64,000 nucleotides of DNA from a bacterium (GCA_013360215.1 JABWCP010000006.1:40470-104469), one strand, 5' to 3'. Numbered from the stretch's first letter, positions 9,707 to 20,393 are shown. Program-made: numbers and translations. Notes: generated by a model not told the origin, from the letters alone.

Positions 9707-11170
9707 ATGTTATCGCTATTGATCATCAAAGAATTTAAAAACATACTGCAAAGCCCTAAATTTTTAGCCACATTTATATCGTGTACGCTATTGATCATCC
9801 TCAGTGTGTGGGTCGGTATCCGTGAATACAAGCTGGCCGTGAAAGATTACGAAACAGGCATAGCGCTTAACCGGCAAGATTTGAGTGAACAAACCAATTG
9901 GATGAATGTAGGTAATCGGGTATATCGCAAACCGGATCCTATGCAGATATGGACATTTGGAGTCCATTACGATATTGGACGCGTCGCGCATGTCAACACA
10001 TGGGATTCACCCGAACTGCGCAGCAGCATTTATTCCCGCGATCTCGTGTATGCCGTATTTCGGTTTTTGGATTTCAATTTTATAGTCGTAGTGGTGTTAT
10101 CGTTATTTGCTATCGTATTTACATACGATGCGGTAAGCGGTGAAAAAGAAAGCGGTATGCTAAAGCTTACGTTTTCCAACGGTGTCCCTAAATCCACATA
10201 CATCGTTGCAAAAATCATCGGCTCATGGGCGGGTTTGGGAATTCCATTGATCGTGCCGATGCTGCTATCATTTTTGATGGCGATATTATTGCAAATACCT
10301 CTCACACCCGATCACTATGCTCGTTTAGGCGGTTTATTTTTGTCGGGTGCGCTCTACTTTACTTTTTTTATAATTTTGGGAATTCTGATCTCATCATGGA
10401 CTTCGCACTCGACCGCATCGTTTCTCACTTTACTTGTTTTATGGGTTACGATCACCTTTGTCGTGCCGCGCCTCGGTGTTATGCTATCGGGGCAGGTTTT
10501 ACCGGTGCCCACAGCCGCCGAAGTGGATAGCCAAATCGAAGGTTTTTCCAAGTCGCAATTTGAAACATTGCGCCAAAACCTTTCGGAAACCTGGATGAAA
10601 CGCAATAATGACGTGCAGCAACAACCGGAATCCGAGCGACAGATGTACCGCGATAAGATGGAGTGGACATGGCTGGAAGAAGATCAAAATGCCCGCAAGT
10701 CCGTACAGGAAAACATTGAAAGTTTTACACGCAAAGTACATGAAGAACTGGATAACCGAAAACGCGAGCAAATCGAACTGGGTTTGATCTTTGCGCGCTG
10801 GTCGCCGGCTTCGTTATTTCAGCTCGCGGCAATGCGTTTTTCGCAGACCGATATTTTTCTGAAAGAGCGTTACGACGGCGCGATACGTACCTATCAAAAA
10901 GATTTTTCCGATGTTGTGGAAAAAAAACGCCGAGAAAATAGAGCCGAAGGACTGCGTATCGAAGTGGATAGCGATCGCGGATTTCGCGTGCAAACACCGG
11001 ATTTGAAAAAAACGATTGATGTGCGATCCATCCCGGAATTTACACATCCAGCCGTTTCCGCCGGGCATGCATGGCGGTTATCGGTTTGGGATATTGTACT
11101 CCTCGCCGTGATAACAGGATTTGCCTTTTTGGGAGCGTTGGTGCGATTTCTGCGCTACGATGTACGCTAA
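9707..11170 (+). CDS. ABC-2 type permease (paralog of upstream gene)
   Basis: AVSGEKESGMLKL motif, same topology, ends RYDVR. Confidence 0.9.
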   Translation: MLSLLIIKEFKNILQSPKFLATFISCTLLIILSVWVGIREYKLAVKDYETGIALNRQDLSEQTNWMNVGNRVYRKPDPMQIWTFGVHYDIGRVAHVNTWDSPELRSSIYSRDLVYAVFRFLDFNFIVVVVLSLFAIVFTYDAVSGEKESGMLKLTFSNGVPKSTYIVAKIIGSWAGLGIPLIVPMLLSFLMAILLQIPLTPDHYARLGGLFLSGALYFTFFIILGILISSWTSHSTASFLTLLVLWVTITFVVPRLGVMLSGQVLPVPTAAEVDSQIEGFSKSQFETLRQNLSETWMKRNNDVQQQPESERQMYRDKMEWTWLEEDQNARKSVQENIESFTRKVHEELDNRKREQIELGLIFARWSPASLFQLAAMRFSQTDIFLKERYDGAIRTYQKDFSDVVEKKRRENRAEGLRIEVDSDRGFRVQTPDLKKTIDVRSIPEFTHPAVSAGHAWRLSVWDIVLLAVITGFAFLGALVRFLRYDVR

Positions 11171-11174
11171 TACG

Positions 11175-12323
11175 TCAATATTTAGCCAATGAAGGATCTA
11201 CGGTTTCCGCGTAAGCGATGATACCGCCGCGAAGATTGATGAGATTATCAAAGCCCAGCGTGCGCAGTTGCGCGATGGCCTTGGCGCTGCGTCCGCCCAT
11301 TTTGCAATGAACCACGACCGGTTTGTTTGGGGCGATGCGGGCAGATTCTTGCATAATCTGTGCAAGAGGTATTAATGTGCCGCCGAGATTGCATATGTCG
11401 TATTCAAATGACTCGCGCACATCAATGAGTTGAAAATCTTTTCCGGTATCTATCCAATGTTTGAGTTCGGTCGGTGAAATTTCTCCGGCAGTTTGTTTTT
11501 CGGGTTCGGAAATTCCGCAAAAAACTTCATAGTCTATCAATGCGGTGATGGTCGGTTGCAGGCCATTGATCGGATTGACCGGATCGCGCTTAAATTTCAT
11601 AGTTCGTGATTCAAACGTCAACGCATTCCACAGAAAAAGTTTTCCGCTAAGCGGCGCTCCGATACCGGTGATAACTTTGATGGCTTCGCTTGCTTGCATG
11701 CTGCCAATAATGCCCGGCAAAACACCGAGGACACCGCCTTCAGCGCAACTGGGAACCATACCTGGCGGCGGCGGGGTGGGAAAAAGATCGCGATAGTTTG
11801 GTCCGAGCGTACCGGAAGGATCTGTATAATGAAAAACCGAAACCTGGCCTTCGAATTGAAATATTGATGCGTAGATCAGCGGTTTATTCAGTAATACACA
11901 GGCGTCATTGACCAAATACCGTGTTTGAAAGTTATCGCTTCCGTCGGCGATAATGTCGTAAGATCGTATGATGTCCATCGCATTGGCTGAAGTGAGTTTT
12001 TCGCGATGTGTATTAAAATGCACAAACGGGTTGAGCTGCTTCAAACGTTGCGCGGCCGTATCGGCTTTGGGTTTACCGACATCATCCACGGTATATAGGA
12101 CTTGCCTTTGGAGATTACTTGCATCAACTGTGTCAAAATCAACAATACCGATAGTTCCTACGCCGGCGGCTGTAAGATAAAGCAAACAGGGTGCGCCGAG
12201 GCCTCCTGCACCGATGACCAATACTTTGGCTGATTTGAGTTTTTGTTGCCCTTCAAGGCCAAATTCTTTGAGAATAAGATGACGATTGTAGCGTGCTAAT
12301 TCTTCAGTGGTCAATCCGTGCAT
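11175..12323 (-). CDS. moeB: Molybdopterin-synthase adenylyltransferase MoeB/MoeZ with C-terminal rhodanese
   Basis: RYNRHL, GAGGLG, SNLQRQ, PSCAEGGVLG; rhodanese CKMGGRS. Confidence 0.93.
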   Translation of the reverse strand: MHGLTTEELARYNRHLILKEFGLEGQQKLKSAKVLVIGAGGLGAPCLLYLTAAGVGTIGIVDFDTVDASNLQRQVLYTVDDVGKPKADTAAQRLKQLNPFVHFNTHREKLTSANAMDIIRSYDIIADGSDNFQTRYLVNDACVLLNKPLIYASIFQFEGQVSVFHYTDPSGTLGPNYRDLFPTPPPPGMVPSCAEGGVLGVLPGIIGSMQASEAIKVITGIGAPLSGKLFLWNALTFESRTMKFKRDPVNPINGLQPTITALIDYEVFCGISEPEKQTAGEISPTELKHWIDTGKDFQLIDVRESFEYDICNLGGTLIPLAQIMQESARIAPNKPVVVHCKMGGRSAKAIAQLRTLGFDNLINLRGGIIAYAETVDPSLAKY

Positions 12324-12335
12324 ACGATACGCCGC

Positions 12336-13622
12336 CTAACTATGTTCGACGATCATCGCACCGCCTTGACCGCCACCGATGCATAACGTAGCTAAACCGA
12401 ACTGAAGATTTTTTCGCTTAAGCTCTTTGAGTACGGTCAAAACAAGCCGCGTTGCGGATGAACCTACGGGGTGACCAAGTGCAATAGCACCGCCATTGAC
12501 GTTGAGGATTTGGCGATCAATTTCACCAACCGCTTCGGTTAGTCCCAATTTTTCTTCGGCAAATTTTTTGGAAGCAAAACAACGTTCATTGGCGATCACC
12601 TGCGCGGCGAAAGCTTCATTCATCTCAATACGTTGTATATCCTTCATGGAGAGGCCGGCTTTTTTGAGCGCGACGGGTGTGGCGTATACCGGGCCGAGTC
12701 CCATGCGTTCCGGATCAAGACCTGCGAAGCCGAAACCGCGAATGGAGCCGAGCGGTGTATATCCTAACGCTTTAGCTTTTTCTTCCGACATGACGAGAAC
12801 AAACGCCGCGCCATCGGTGATTTGGCTGGAATTGCCGGCTGTTACGGTGCCATATTTTTTATCAAACGCCGGGCGAAGTTTGCCCAGCGCTTCCATAGTC
12901 TGATTTTTTCGAATGCCGTTATCTTCGTCAGCGATTTTTTTAAAATCAGGCGGTAAATACACCGGCATGATTTCTTCTTTGAGAATACCGTTGTCCGTTG
13001 CTGTCATGGCGCGTTGATGACTCAGGAGCGCCAGTTCGTCCTGCTCTTTGCGGGTAATGCCGTATTCTTTGGCTAATACTTCGGCGGTTTCGCCCATATT
13101 AAGTCCGCAAAATCCGTCGGTAAGCCCCAAGAGAAGTCCTATCACAGGTTTGAAATCACCGGGGCGAAACGAGGCCATGGCGCCGATTCGTGCCGGCATA
13201 GAACGGGCTTGCATCATCGCGGCAAATTTATTGGTCGCACGTTCCGAAAAAAGCAAAGGTACCTTAGTCATGGATTCGACTCCGCCGGCAATGATGACAT
13301 CGGCTTCACCGGCGATAATCCGTAGATAGGCATCGGCAATAGATTGCATACCGCTGGCGCAATTGCGCCCGACGGTAAAGGAAGGTACGTGTTTGGGGAC
13401 TCCCGCCTCCAGCGCGATGATACGGGCGACATTGGTGGCTTCGGGCGGATTGCCGATATTGCCGACAATGACTTCGTCCACGAGTTTACAGTCAAGATTG
13501 GTGCGCGCCATCAGTTCACGCATCGCCAGTTTCCCGAGATCAACCGCCGACATTTTATTGAAAAGCGTTCCGGCTTTTATGTATGGCGTTCGCACGCCGT
13601 CAACGATAACAACCTTTTTCAT
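12336..13622 (-). CDS. Acetyl-CoA C-acyltransferase (thiolase, FadI-like)
   Basis: NCASG, NEAFA, GHPVG, CIGGGQG catalytic motifs. Confidence 0.95.
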   Translation of the reverse strand: MKKVVIVDGVRTPYIKAGTLFNKMSAVDLGKLAMRELMARTNLDCKLVDEVIVGNIGNPPEATNVARIIALEAGVPKHVPSFTVGRNCASGMQSIADAYLRIIAGEADVIIAGGVESMTKVPLLFSERATNKFAAMMQARSMPARIGAMASFRPGDFKPVIGLLLGLTDGFCGLNMGETAEVLAKEYGITRKEQDELALLSHQRAMTATDNGILKEEIMPVYLPPDFKKIADEDNGIRKNQTMEALGKLRPAFDKKYGTVTAGNSSQITDGAAFVLVMSEEKAKALGYTPLGSIRGFGFAGLDPERMGLGPVYATPVALKKAGLSMKDIQRIEMNEAFAAQVIANERCFASKKFAEEKLGLTEAVGEIDRQILNVNGGAIALGHPVGSSATRLVLTVLKELKRKNLQFGLATLCIGGGQGGAMIVEHS

Positions 13623-13629
13623 ATACGAC

Positions 13630-15135
13630 TCATTTGTTGGAATACGATTTTTTAATCAGTTCGTCCAAATATTTTCTGGGATCATCAAAAACTTCGGGCG
13701 TTACAAGAAAATGTGTTTTACCGGCCAATTTTAATCCGTATTCGTAATCTTTAAAAAGCTCTGCAGCGATCGCCCGGAACGAGCGTTTTTCAGTTTGTGA
13801 TCGCTGAGCGATTTTTTGAATGGCCACATCGGAAAATTCAAAAATAATGCCGTGCGTCGTGAGATACTGCTGTTGAAATTCTTTCATCGAAGAATAGGTG
13901 AGCAGCTTGTTGAGTTCGGCTTGCGGCTGCAAAACGACGTCTTTGGTGACGCGAAATTTACGAATGTTCGTGGACGGTAATTTCTTTTCAAATTTGATCA
14001 ATACGTTTTCTAAAATATTGACTAAGCCGCGCGCGCCTGTTTTTTGGACAAACGCACGTTCTGCAAAAATGTGCAATGCGTCGTCATCAAATTCGACTTC
14101 GATACCGTAAGCGGCAAAATCGCGCTTTTTGCTGAGGATCACGCTGCTGTTGGGGTTTTTTAGAATATTAAATAGCGCGTCAACCGTAAGTTCGTTGAGT
14201 ACGGCGATGACGGGCAGGCGTCCTACAAATTCCGATTCGAATCCGTATTCGACGAGGTCTTCTGTTTTTACGCGTTTCATCAGTTCGCCGCGCGAGAGTT
14301 TAGAAATGCCTTCCTGATCCGAGCCGAAGCCGATGCGTACTTGATTGATGCGCTTGCGGATGTTTTCTTCGATGCCGCCGAAAGCGCCGCTCATTACGAA
14401 TAGGATGTTTTTTGTGTTTACTTTTTTACGCTGCACTTTGCCGGTGCGTTGGGCTTCCATCGCGGCTTCCATTTGGGCGGCCATGTCATGCGGTACGCGC
14501 AGATCCACTTCGGATTCTTCCATAAGTTTCAAAAGGTTCCGCTGAACGCCGGTACGGGATACATCAATACCGCGGTTGTTTTGTGCCGAAGCGATTTTGT
14601 CTATTTCGTCAAGATAGATAATACCGTATTCGGCGCTTTTGATATCGCCGTCGGCTTCACGTACAAGATCGCGCACGAGGTCTTCAACATCGCCCCCGAC
14701 ATAGCCGGTTTCGGAAAACTTGGTGGCATCGCCTTTGACGAAAGGTACACCGATTTTTTTTGCAATCAGTTTGACGATGTACGTTTTACCCACACCCGTA
14801 GGGCCGATGAGAAGAACATTGCTTTTGATGTTACCTACAAGTTTTTGTTCATCCGTGAGCGTGTCTTCCAGTTTCATACGGTTGTAGTGCGTGGCGATCT
14901 TGGTGGCGATGACTTCGATCGCTTCTTCCTGGCATTCGACGAACTGGTTGAGGTATTCTTCCAATTCCTCAGGCTTCAGGTCAAAATTGGTCTTTTCACC
15001 GGATTTCAGCGTTGAACCCTGATTTTTCGTGCCTGCACTGTCTTGTTCCGGATCGGCCGTACCGTATTTTTCTTTTAAAAATTCTTCAAACTCTTTTTTG
15101 AATTGTTCCGAATTGGTCTGCGACGAAATATTCAT
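13630..15135 (-). CDS. ClpX-like AAA+ ATPase lacking the N-terminal zinc-binding domain
   Basis: GPTGVGKT, GYVG pore loop, YLDEIDK, VQRNLLKLME, IGF loop, TGARGL; no C4 zinc finger. Confidence 0.88.
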   Translation of the reverse strand: MNISSQTNSEQFKKEFEEFLKEKYGTADPEQDSAGTKNQGSTLKSGEKTNFDLKPEELEEYLNQFVECQEEAIEVIATKIATHYNRMKLEDTLTDEQKLVGNIKSNVLLIGPTGVGKTYIVKLIAKKIGVPFVKGDATKFSETGYVGGDVEDLVRDLVREADGDIKSAEYGIIYLDEIDKIASAQNNRGIDVSRTGVQRNLLKLMEESEVDLRVPHDMAAQMEAAMEAQRTGKVQRKKVNTKNILFVMSGAFGGIEENIRKRINQVRIGFGSDQEGISKLSRGELMKRVKTEDLVEYGFESEFVGRLPVIAVLNELTVDALFNILKNPNSSVILSKKRDFAAYGIEVEFDDDALHIFAERAFVQKTGARGLVNILENVLIKFEKKLPSTNIRKFRVTKDVVLQPQAELNKLLTYSSMKEFQQQYLTTHGIIFEFSDVAIQKIAQRSQTEKRSFRAIAAELFKDYEYGLKLAGKTHFLVTPEVFDDPRKYLDELIKKSYSNK

Positions 15136-15320
15136 CGTTGGTGTTTTCCTTTGGTTGATTCTTAGCATAACGAAACAAGTCGTGACTTATTTCATCAATG
15201 CTGGATCAACTTACTGGGATTCCTGATGAAATTCAAGCGATTAGCTATGTTGCGTGGGCTCTACCGCCCGTCGCATTTTTCGTACTAAGACACCGTATGA
15301 AAAACACCAAAGTTGTTGAG

Positions 15321-15803
15321 CTATTCTGCACGATCAATCCGGCAAATGTAGCATCCGGCTTCCGCATTGCGCGCATGGAGGTATGCGACATCTGTATGTT
15401 TTTCAAAAATGTCGCTGATCATTTGATCTACATCGCGATCTCCGACAAGACGGGTGTATACCATACGCTGATCATCGGAATAACCAATGAGGGTTAATGG
15501 AAAGTGCTTTTTATCGGCTTTGATTTCCGGAGGAAATCGGTGTATATCTTCATAGGGCGTTACGGATTCGGCATGAATAAATACAGGGCCGGGCTGGTTG
15601 AAGGCGTTATCCACTTCAAACGGAGAATGCGAAAAAAGCAAACGTCTGTCCGTACCGGGCCTGAAGGGTTTCAGCGAAACGCGGCACGGGCCGTAGCCGG
15701 TCGCAATTTGTTCGACGACGGCGTGACCTTGATCGTCCATTCGGTCGGTGCGAATGCGTTCTGCTAAGTTTAACGGCAGTGGAACGATTTTGAATTTAGT
15801 CAT
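15321..15803 (-). CDS. DUF1203-family protein
   Basis: PCRVSL, GPVFIHA, YLHARNAEAGCY pattern; SD aaggaga upstream of ATG 15803. Confidence 0.8.
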   Translation of the reverse strand: MTKFKIVPLPLNLAERIRTDRMDDQGHAVVEQIATGYGPCRVSLKPFRPGTDRRLLFSHSPFEVDNAFNQPGPVFIHAESVTPYEDIHRFPPEIKADKKHFPLTLIGYSDDQRMVYTRLVGDRDVDQMISDIFEKHTDVAYLHARNAEAGCYICRIDRAE

Positions 15804-16009
15804 ACAAATCTCCTTTAAAATTTGTTTTATGCTGAATGATAAATAGTTCATGACGTCCAAACGACCCGATTCTTGCTCTTGTTGTAGGCTTTTGTTGAAA
15901 TTTGCTTTCATTACTTAGAAACCTTTGTATATTTGTCGCCGTATATCGTCTGTCCCAATATTTCATTTCGTCAGAATGTATTTCTTTTACCATAACCCAG
16001 TGAGGTGTG

Positions 16010-19000
16010 ATGAAACGATTTCTATGTTTTGCAATGTGCGGTTTGTTGTGCTTTACGTTGAAAAATGTTTCTGCGCAGCAAACATGGCCGGTCGAGGGTC
16101 TGCATGATAAAACGCCCTCGATTCATGCGTTTGTCGGTGCTACAATTATTCCCGGGCCCGGACAAAAAATTGATAGCGGCACGATCGTCATTCGCGACGG
16201 TGTCATTGAAGCGATCGGTAAATCCGTTAATATTCCGCGTGAGGCCGTCATCCATGATCTCAAGGGAATGTGGATTTATCCGGGGTTGATTGACGCTTAC
16301 GCCGGTTACGGGATCGCACCGCCGGCAAAAGAGAAGGGGAGCGACGGTCCGCAACCTTACACATCCAAAAAAGGCGCTTACAGCTGGAATCAAGCCGTTA
16401 AACCGGAATTTGAAGCGGCGCGGGAATTTACCATAGATGCCAAACGTGCGGGCGAATTACGTGCGTTGGGATTTACGACCGTTCATGCCAGACCGCTGGA
16501 CGGTATTGTGCGCGGCACCGGAGCGATTGTCAATTTGGGCGAGTCTTCGGCCGCCGAAGAAATTTTAAGTCGTCAGGCGACGGCCAATTTTTCATTTGAT
16601 AAAGGTGTTTCTACACAAGATTATCCGAGTTCACTGATCGGTACGATCGCGCTGATCCGGCAAACATTTTACGATGCATCGTGGTATGGCAAAGCGATGA
16701 ATTCCAAAAACCGTCCGGATGTGAATATTTCTCTTGAAGCGCTCAATACACAATTTTCAGCTAAACTGCCTTTGATTTTTGAAGTAGCGAATACGCAGGA
16801 CATTTTTCGGGTGATGCAGATCGGTAAAGAGTTTGGACAAACGTTCATTATCAAATCCGCAGGATATGAATACGAACGCATCGAAGCGCTCAAACAAAAC
16901 GGCGTATCATTGATCGTACCGGTCAATTTTCCTTCAGCGTATGATGTCGAAGATCCAGACGATGCGCGCAATGTCTCCTTAGCCCAGATGAAAAAATGGG
17001 AATGGGCTCCGGCCAATCCCGGCGCATTGGCCAAGGCGGGTATCTCCTTCGCATTGACTTCGGCTGGTTTGCAGGACAACAAATCATTTTGGTCCAACAT
17101 TCATAAATCTATTGCGATGGGATTACCGGCGGATAAAGCACTGGAGGCCCTGACAACGCGGCCGGCCAAAATGCTCGGTATAGACGCACAGGTTGGCACG
17201 CTGGAAAAAGGAAAATTGGCTAATCTGGTAATCGCTTCCGGCAATTTATTTGAAAAAAATACGACGATCACCCAATCCTGGATCAAAGGACGCTCGTATG
17301 AAGTCAATCGCGTACCGGCGATAGATCCGCGCGGCGTATGGAATCTCCAAGGGGATCTCAAAGCATACGTCCTGATGATCAATGGTACGCTTTCAAAGTT
17401 GAGCGGTAATTTTATGTACCGCGATTCGCAAAACGTAGAAGTAACTCCTTCGGTTAACGGGGATATGCTGTCCATCCAGTTTCGTGGAGATTCGATCGGC
17501 GAGCCCGGGCTTGTTCGTTTGAAGGCGCTGCTTATCAACGGACGTCTGTCCGGTACCGGAGAATTTCCTTCAGGTAAGACGATGAGCTGGTCCGGAACGT
17601 TGTTCAAATCGTTTGAACCGAAGGCGGAAGATAATTCGATCAAGCCGGATTCGTCCGTATTATCACCGATCAGCTTTCCCAATATGGCTTTCGGTTTGAA
17701 AGAAATTCCCGTACAACAAACCGTATTAATCCGAAACGCTACGGTGTGGACTAATACGTCGAAAGGGATTTTAAAAGAAACCGATGTGTTGTTTGAAAAA
17801 GGTAAAATCAAACAAGTCGGAAAAAATCTTTCGGCGCCAGCGGGTGCATGGATCGTTGATGGGACGGGCAAACATGTGACGACGGGTATTATCGATGAAC
17901 ACTCGCACATTGCGGTGAGCCGTGGCGTCAATGAAGGTACGCAATCGGTGAGTTCGGAAGTGCGCATCGGCGATGCCTTGGATGCCGAGGATTCGGATAT
18001 ATATCGCCAATTGGCCGGCGGGGTCACATCGTCGCACCTTTTGCACGGCTCCGCTAATGCGATCGGCGGACAGACACAATTGATCAAATTACGTTGGGGT
18101 GCCGCGGCTGAAGAATTAAAATTTCCAAACTGGCCCGGCTTTATCAAGTTTGCTCTCGGTGAAAATGTCAAACAGTCCAATTGGGGTGATAATTTTACGA
18201 CGCGGTATCCGCAAACCCGCATGGGCGTTGAGCAAATCATCCGTGATGCGTTTCAGGCGGCAAAAGAATACAAATCGACGTGGGAAAGTTATCAGAAATC
18301 CGGCGGAGAAAAATCCGGAAAAGTTGCTCCGCGCCGCGATCTGGAGCTTGATGCCCTGGTCGAAATTCTCGACGGGAAACGTCATATCACATGCCATTCT
18401 TACGTCCAATCGGAAATTACGATGCTGATGCGCGTAGCCGAAGAAATGGGTTTTCGCGTCAATACGTTTACGCATATTCTCGAAGGTTACAAAGTAGCCG
18501 ATAAGATGAAAAAACATGGCGCGGCGGGTTCTACGTTTGCTGATTGGTGGGCATACAAATATGAGGTAATTGATGCGATACCGCATAATCCTGGGCTCAT
18601 GCACCAGGAAGGCGTTACCGTGGGTATCAATTCCGATGACGCCGAAATGGCGCGGCGACTCAATCAGGAAGCGGCCAAATCGGTAAAATATGCCGGCGTT
18701 TCAGAAGAAGATGCGTGGAAATTTGTAACGCTCAATCCGGCAAAAATGCTGCGCGTGGATGATCGTGTGGGCAGCTTGGATAACGGCAAAGATGCGGATA
18801 TCGTAGTATGGAATAATAACCCGCTTTCGATTTATGCCGTGCCGGAAAAAACTTTTGTAGACGGGCGTTTATATTTTGATAAAGAAACGGATGTCCGTTT
18901 GCAAAACGAAGTGGATCAGGAACGCAGCCGGTTAATACAAAAAATGATCGCGGATAAAAAAGGCGGCACCCCGGCCGTAAAACCCATACCGCAGAAGAAA

Positions 19001-19030
19001 ATTCGTTACCACTGTGTCGGTGAGGAATAG
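16010..19030 (+). CDS. Secreted two-domain amidohydrolase-family protein
   Basis: Signal peptide; first domain PGLIDAY (no HxH), second domain GIIDEHSH, KFALGEN, NSDD, NPAKML. Confidence 0.9.
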   Translation: MKRFLCFAMCGLLCFTLKNVSAQQTWPVEGLHDKTPSIHAFVGATIIPGPGQKIDSGTIVIRDGVIEAIGKSVNIPREAVIHDLKGMWIYPGLIDAYAGYGIAPPAKEKGSDGPQPYTSKKGAYSWNQAVKPEFEAAREFTIDAKRAGELRALGFTTVHARPLDGIVRGTGAIVNLGESSAAEEILSRQATANFSFDKGVSTQDYPSSLIGTIALIRQTFYDASWYGKAMNSKNRPDVNISLEALNTQFSAKLPLIFEVANTQDIFRVMQIGKEFGQTFIIKSAGYEYERIEALKQNGVSLIVPVNFPSAYDVEDPDDARNVSLAQMKKWEWAPANPGALAKAGISFALTSAGLQDNKSFWSNIHKSIAMGLPADKALEALTTRPAKMLGIDAQVGTLEKGKLANLVIASGNLFEKNTTITQSWIKGRSYEVNRVPAIDPRGVWNLQGDLKAYVLMINGTLSKLSGNFMYRDSQNVEVTPSVNGDMLSIQFRGDSIGEPGLVRLKALLINGRLSGTGEFPSGKTMSWSGTLFKSFEPKAEDNSIKPDSSVLSPISFPNMAFGLKEIPVQQTVLIRNATVWTNTSKGILKETDVLFEKGKIKQVGKNLSAPAGAWIVDGTGKHVTTGIIDEHSHIAVSRGVNEGTQSVSSEVRIGDALDAEDSDIYRQLAGGVTSSHLLHGSANAIGGQTQLIKLRWGAAAEELKFPNWPGFIKFALGENVKQSNWGDNFTTRYPQTRMGVEQIIRDAFQAAKEYKSTWESYQKSGGEKSGKVAPRRDLELDALVEILDGKRHITCHSYVQSEITMLMRVAEEMGFRVNTFTHILEGYKVADKMKKHGAAGSTFADWWAYKYEVIDAIPHNPGLMHQEGVTVGINSDDAEMARRLNQEAAKSVKYAGVSEEDAWKFVTLNPAKMLRVDDRVGSLDNGKDADIVVWNNNPLSIYAVPEKTFVDGRLYFDKETDVRLQNEVDQERSRLIQKMIADKKGGTPAVKPIPQKKIRYHCVGEE

Positions 19031-19039
19031 GAGAAAAAT

Positions 19040-20359
19040 ATGAAAAAATCAGGAACGCATTTGAAAAAAATATATATGATGGCCACATGGATCATGGTGG
19101 TGTTCACTTCCGTCGCACAGGCTCAGGATTTGCCGACGCCCGCATCATCCCAAAAGCAGCCGATTCTGTTACGCAATGGTCGCGTACATGTCGGTGATGG
19201 GCGTGTGCTGGAAAAAACGGACATCCTTCTGGATAACGGTAAAATCATCGAAATTGGCCCTGGGCTTAGCAAACCTTCCACCGCACGTGAGGTGGACGCA
19301 ACGGGAAAAGAAATTTATCCCGGGTTGATTGCCTGCTATAGCACGCTCGGTTTGTCGGAGATCGAAGCGGCACGCCCGACGCGTGATGATCGGGAAGTCG
19401 GTTCGATCAATCCCAATGCGCGCGCATTGATAGCGTTTAACACCGATTCCCGTGTTATTCCTACCGTGCGCTCCAATGGCGTGCTTCTGGCGCAAATCAC
19501 GCCGCAGGGAGGCACGTTGTCGGGAACGGCTTCCGTCGTTCAGCTGGATGCATGGAACTATGAAGACGCGGTGGTTTCTGCGGACAATGGTTTGATCGTG
19601 CAGTGGCCGTCTATGTCGATCTCCAGTAGTATATTTGCGCCGCCGGCCGATGTTCAAAAGAAAAACTCGGAAAAAGCATTAAACGAGCTATTCAAAGCTT
19701 TTGAGGATGCGTATGCGTATTTTACAGCTAAAAAAACCGGTAATTCTGCCGCGCTTGATTTAAAATGGGAGTCTGTGATTCCTGTTTTTGAAAAGAAAAG
19801 ACGGGTATTCATTCGTGCCAATGATGCTAAACAAATTCAGGCGGCCGTGGCACTTTTGAAGAAATACGATATACTCGGCGCGATTATCGGCGGTTATGAT
19901 AGTTGGCGCGTCGCACCGCTCTTGAAAGAGCATAATATACCAGTTATCATCACGGATACGCATGCGATACCCGGGCGTGAAGATGAAGACTACGATCTGC
20001 GTTACAAACTGCCCAAACTCTTGCTGGATGCCGGTGTTACATTTGCCATTACCATAGACGGCAGTTGGCAACAGCGGAATTTGGCGTTTCAAGCCGGATC
20101 GGGCGTGGCTTTTGGTTTGTCTAAAGAAGAAGCGTTGACGGCTATCACTAAGTCACCGGCCGAAATTTTAGGTATAAATGATCGTATGGGTACTATAGAA
20201 AAAGGTAAAGATGCGACCTTGATCGTGGTAAGCGGTGATATTATGGACATGCGTACATCTATAGTAGAGCAGGCATTTATACAAGGCCGGGATATTGATC
20301 TTGGTAATAAACAAACCGATCTGTATCAACGGTTTAAGAAAAAGTATGATCAAAACTGA
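19040..20359 (+). CDS. Secreted amidohydrolase-family protein (metal ligands degenerate)
   Basis: PGLIACYS in place of HxH; PAEILG...GTIEKGKDA. Confidence 0.88.
   Translation: MKKSGTHLKKIYMMATWIMVVFTSVAQAQDLPTPASSQKQPILLRNGRVHVGDGRVLEKTDILLDNGKIIEIGPGLSKPSTAREVDATGKEIYPGLIACYSTLGLSEIEAARPTRDDREVGSINPNARALIAFNTDSRVIPTVRSNGVLLAQITPQGGTLSGTASVVQLDAWNYEDAVVSADNGLIVQWPSMSISSSIFAPPADVQKKNSEKALNELFKAFEDAYAYFTAKKTGNSAALDLKWESVIPVFEKKRRVFIRANDAKQIQAAVALLKKYDILGAIIGGYDSWRVAPLLKEHNIPVIITDTHAIPGREDEDYDLRYKLPKLLLDAGVTFAITIDGSWQQRNLAFQAGSGVAFGLSKEEALTAITKSPAEILGINDRMGTIEKGKDATLIVVSGDIMDMRTSIVEQAFIQGRDIDLGNKQTDLYQRFKKKYDQN
20278..20350 (+). repeat. Left copy of 73-bp direct repeat (amidohydrolase 3' end)
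   Basis: Matches 38748-38820 with 4 mismatches. Confidence 0.95.
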
Positions 20360-20393
20360 ATATCTTGATAACAGGAGATCATTTTAATCATTG

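Noticed and set aside
17101..18240. Long antisense ORF (379 aa) and the many other opposite-strand or alternate-frame ORFs in the track
   Set aside because: They lie within well-supported genes and have no recognisable motifs; they are shadow ORFs
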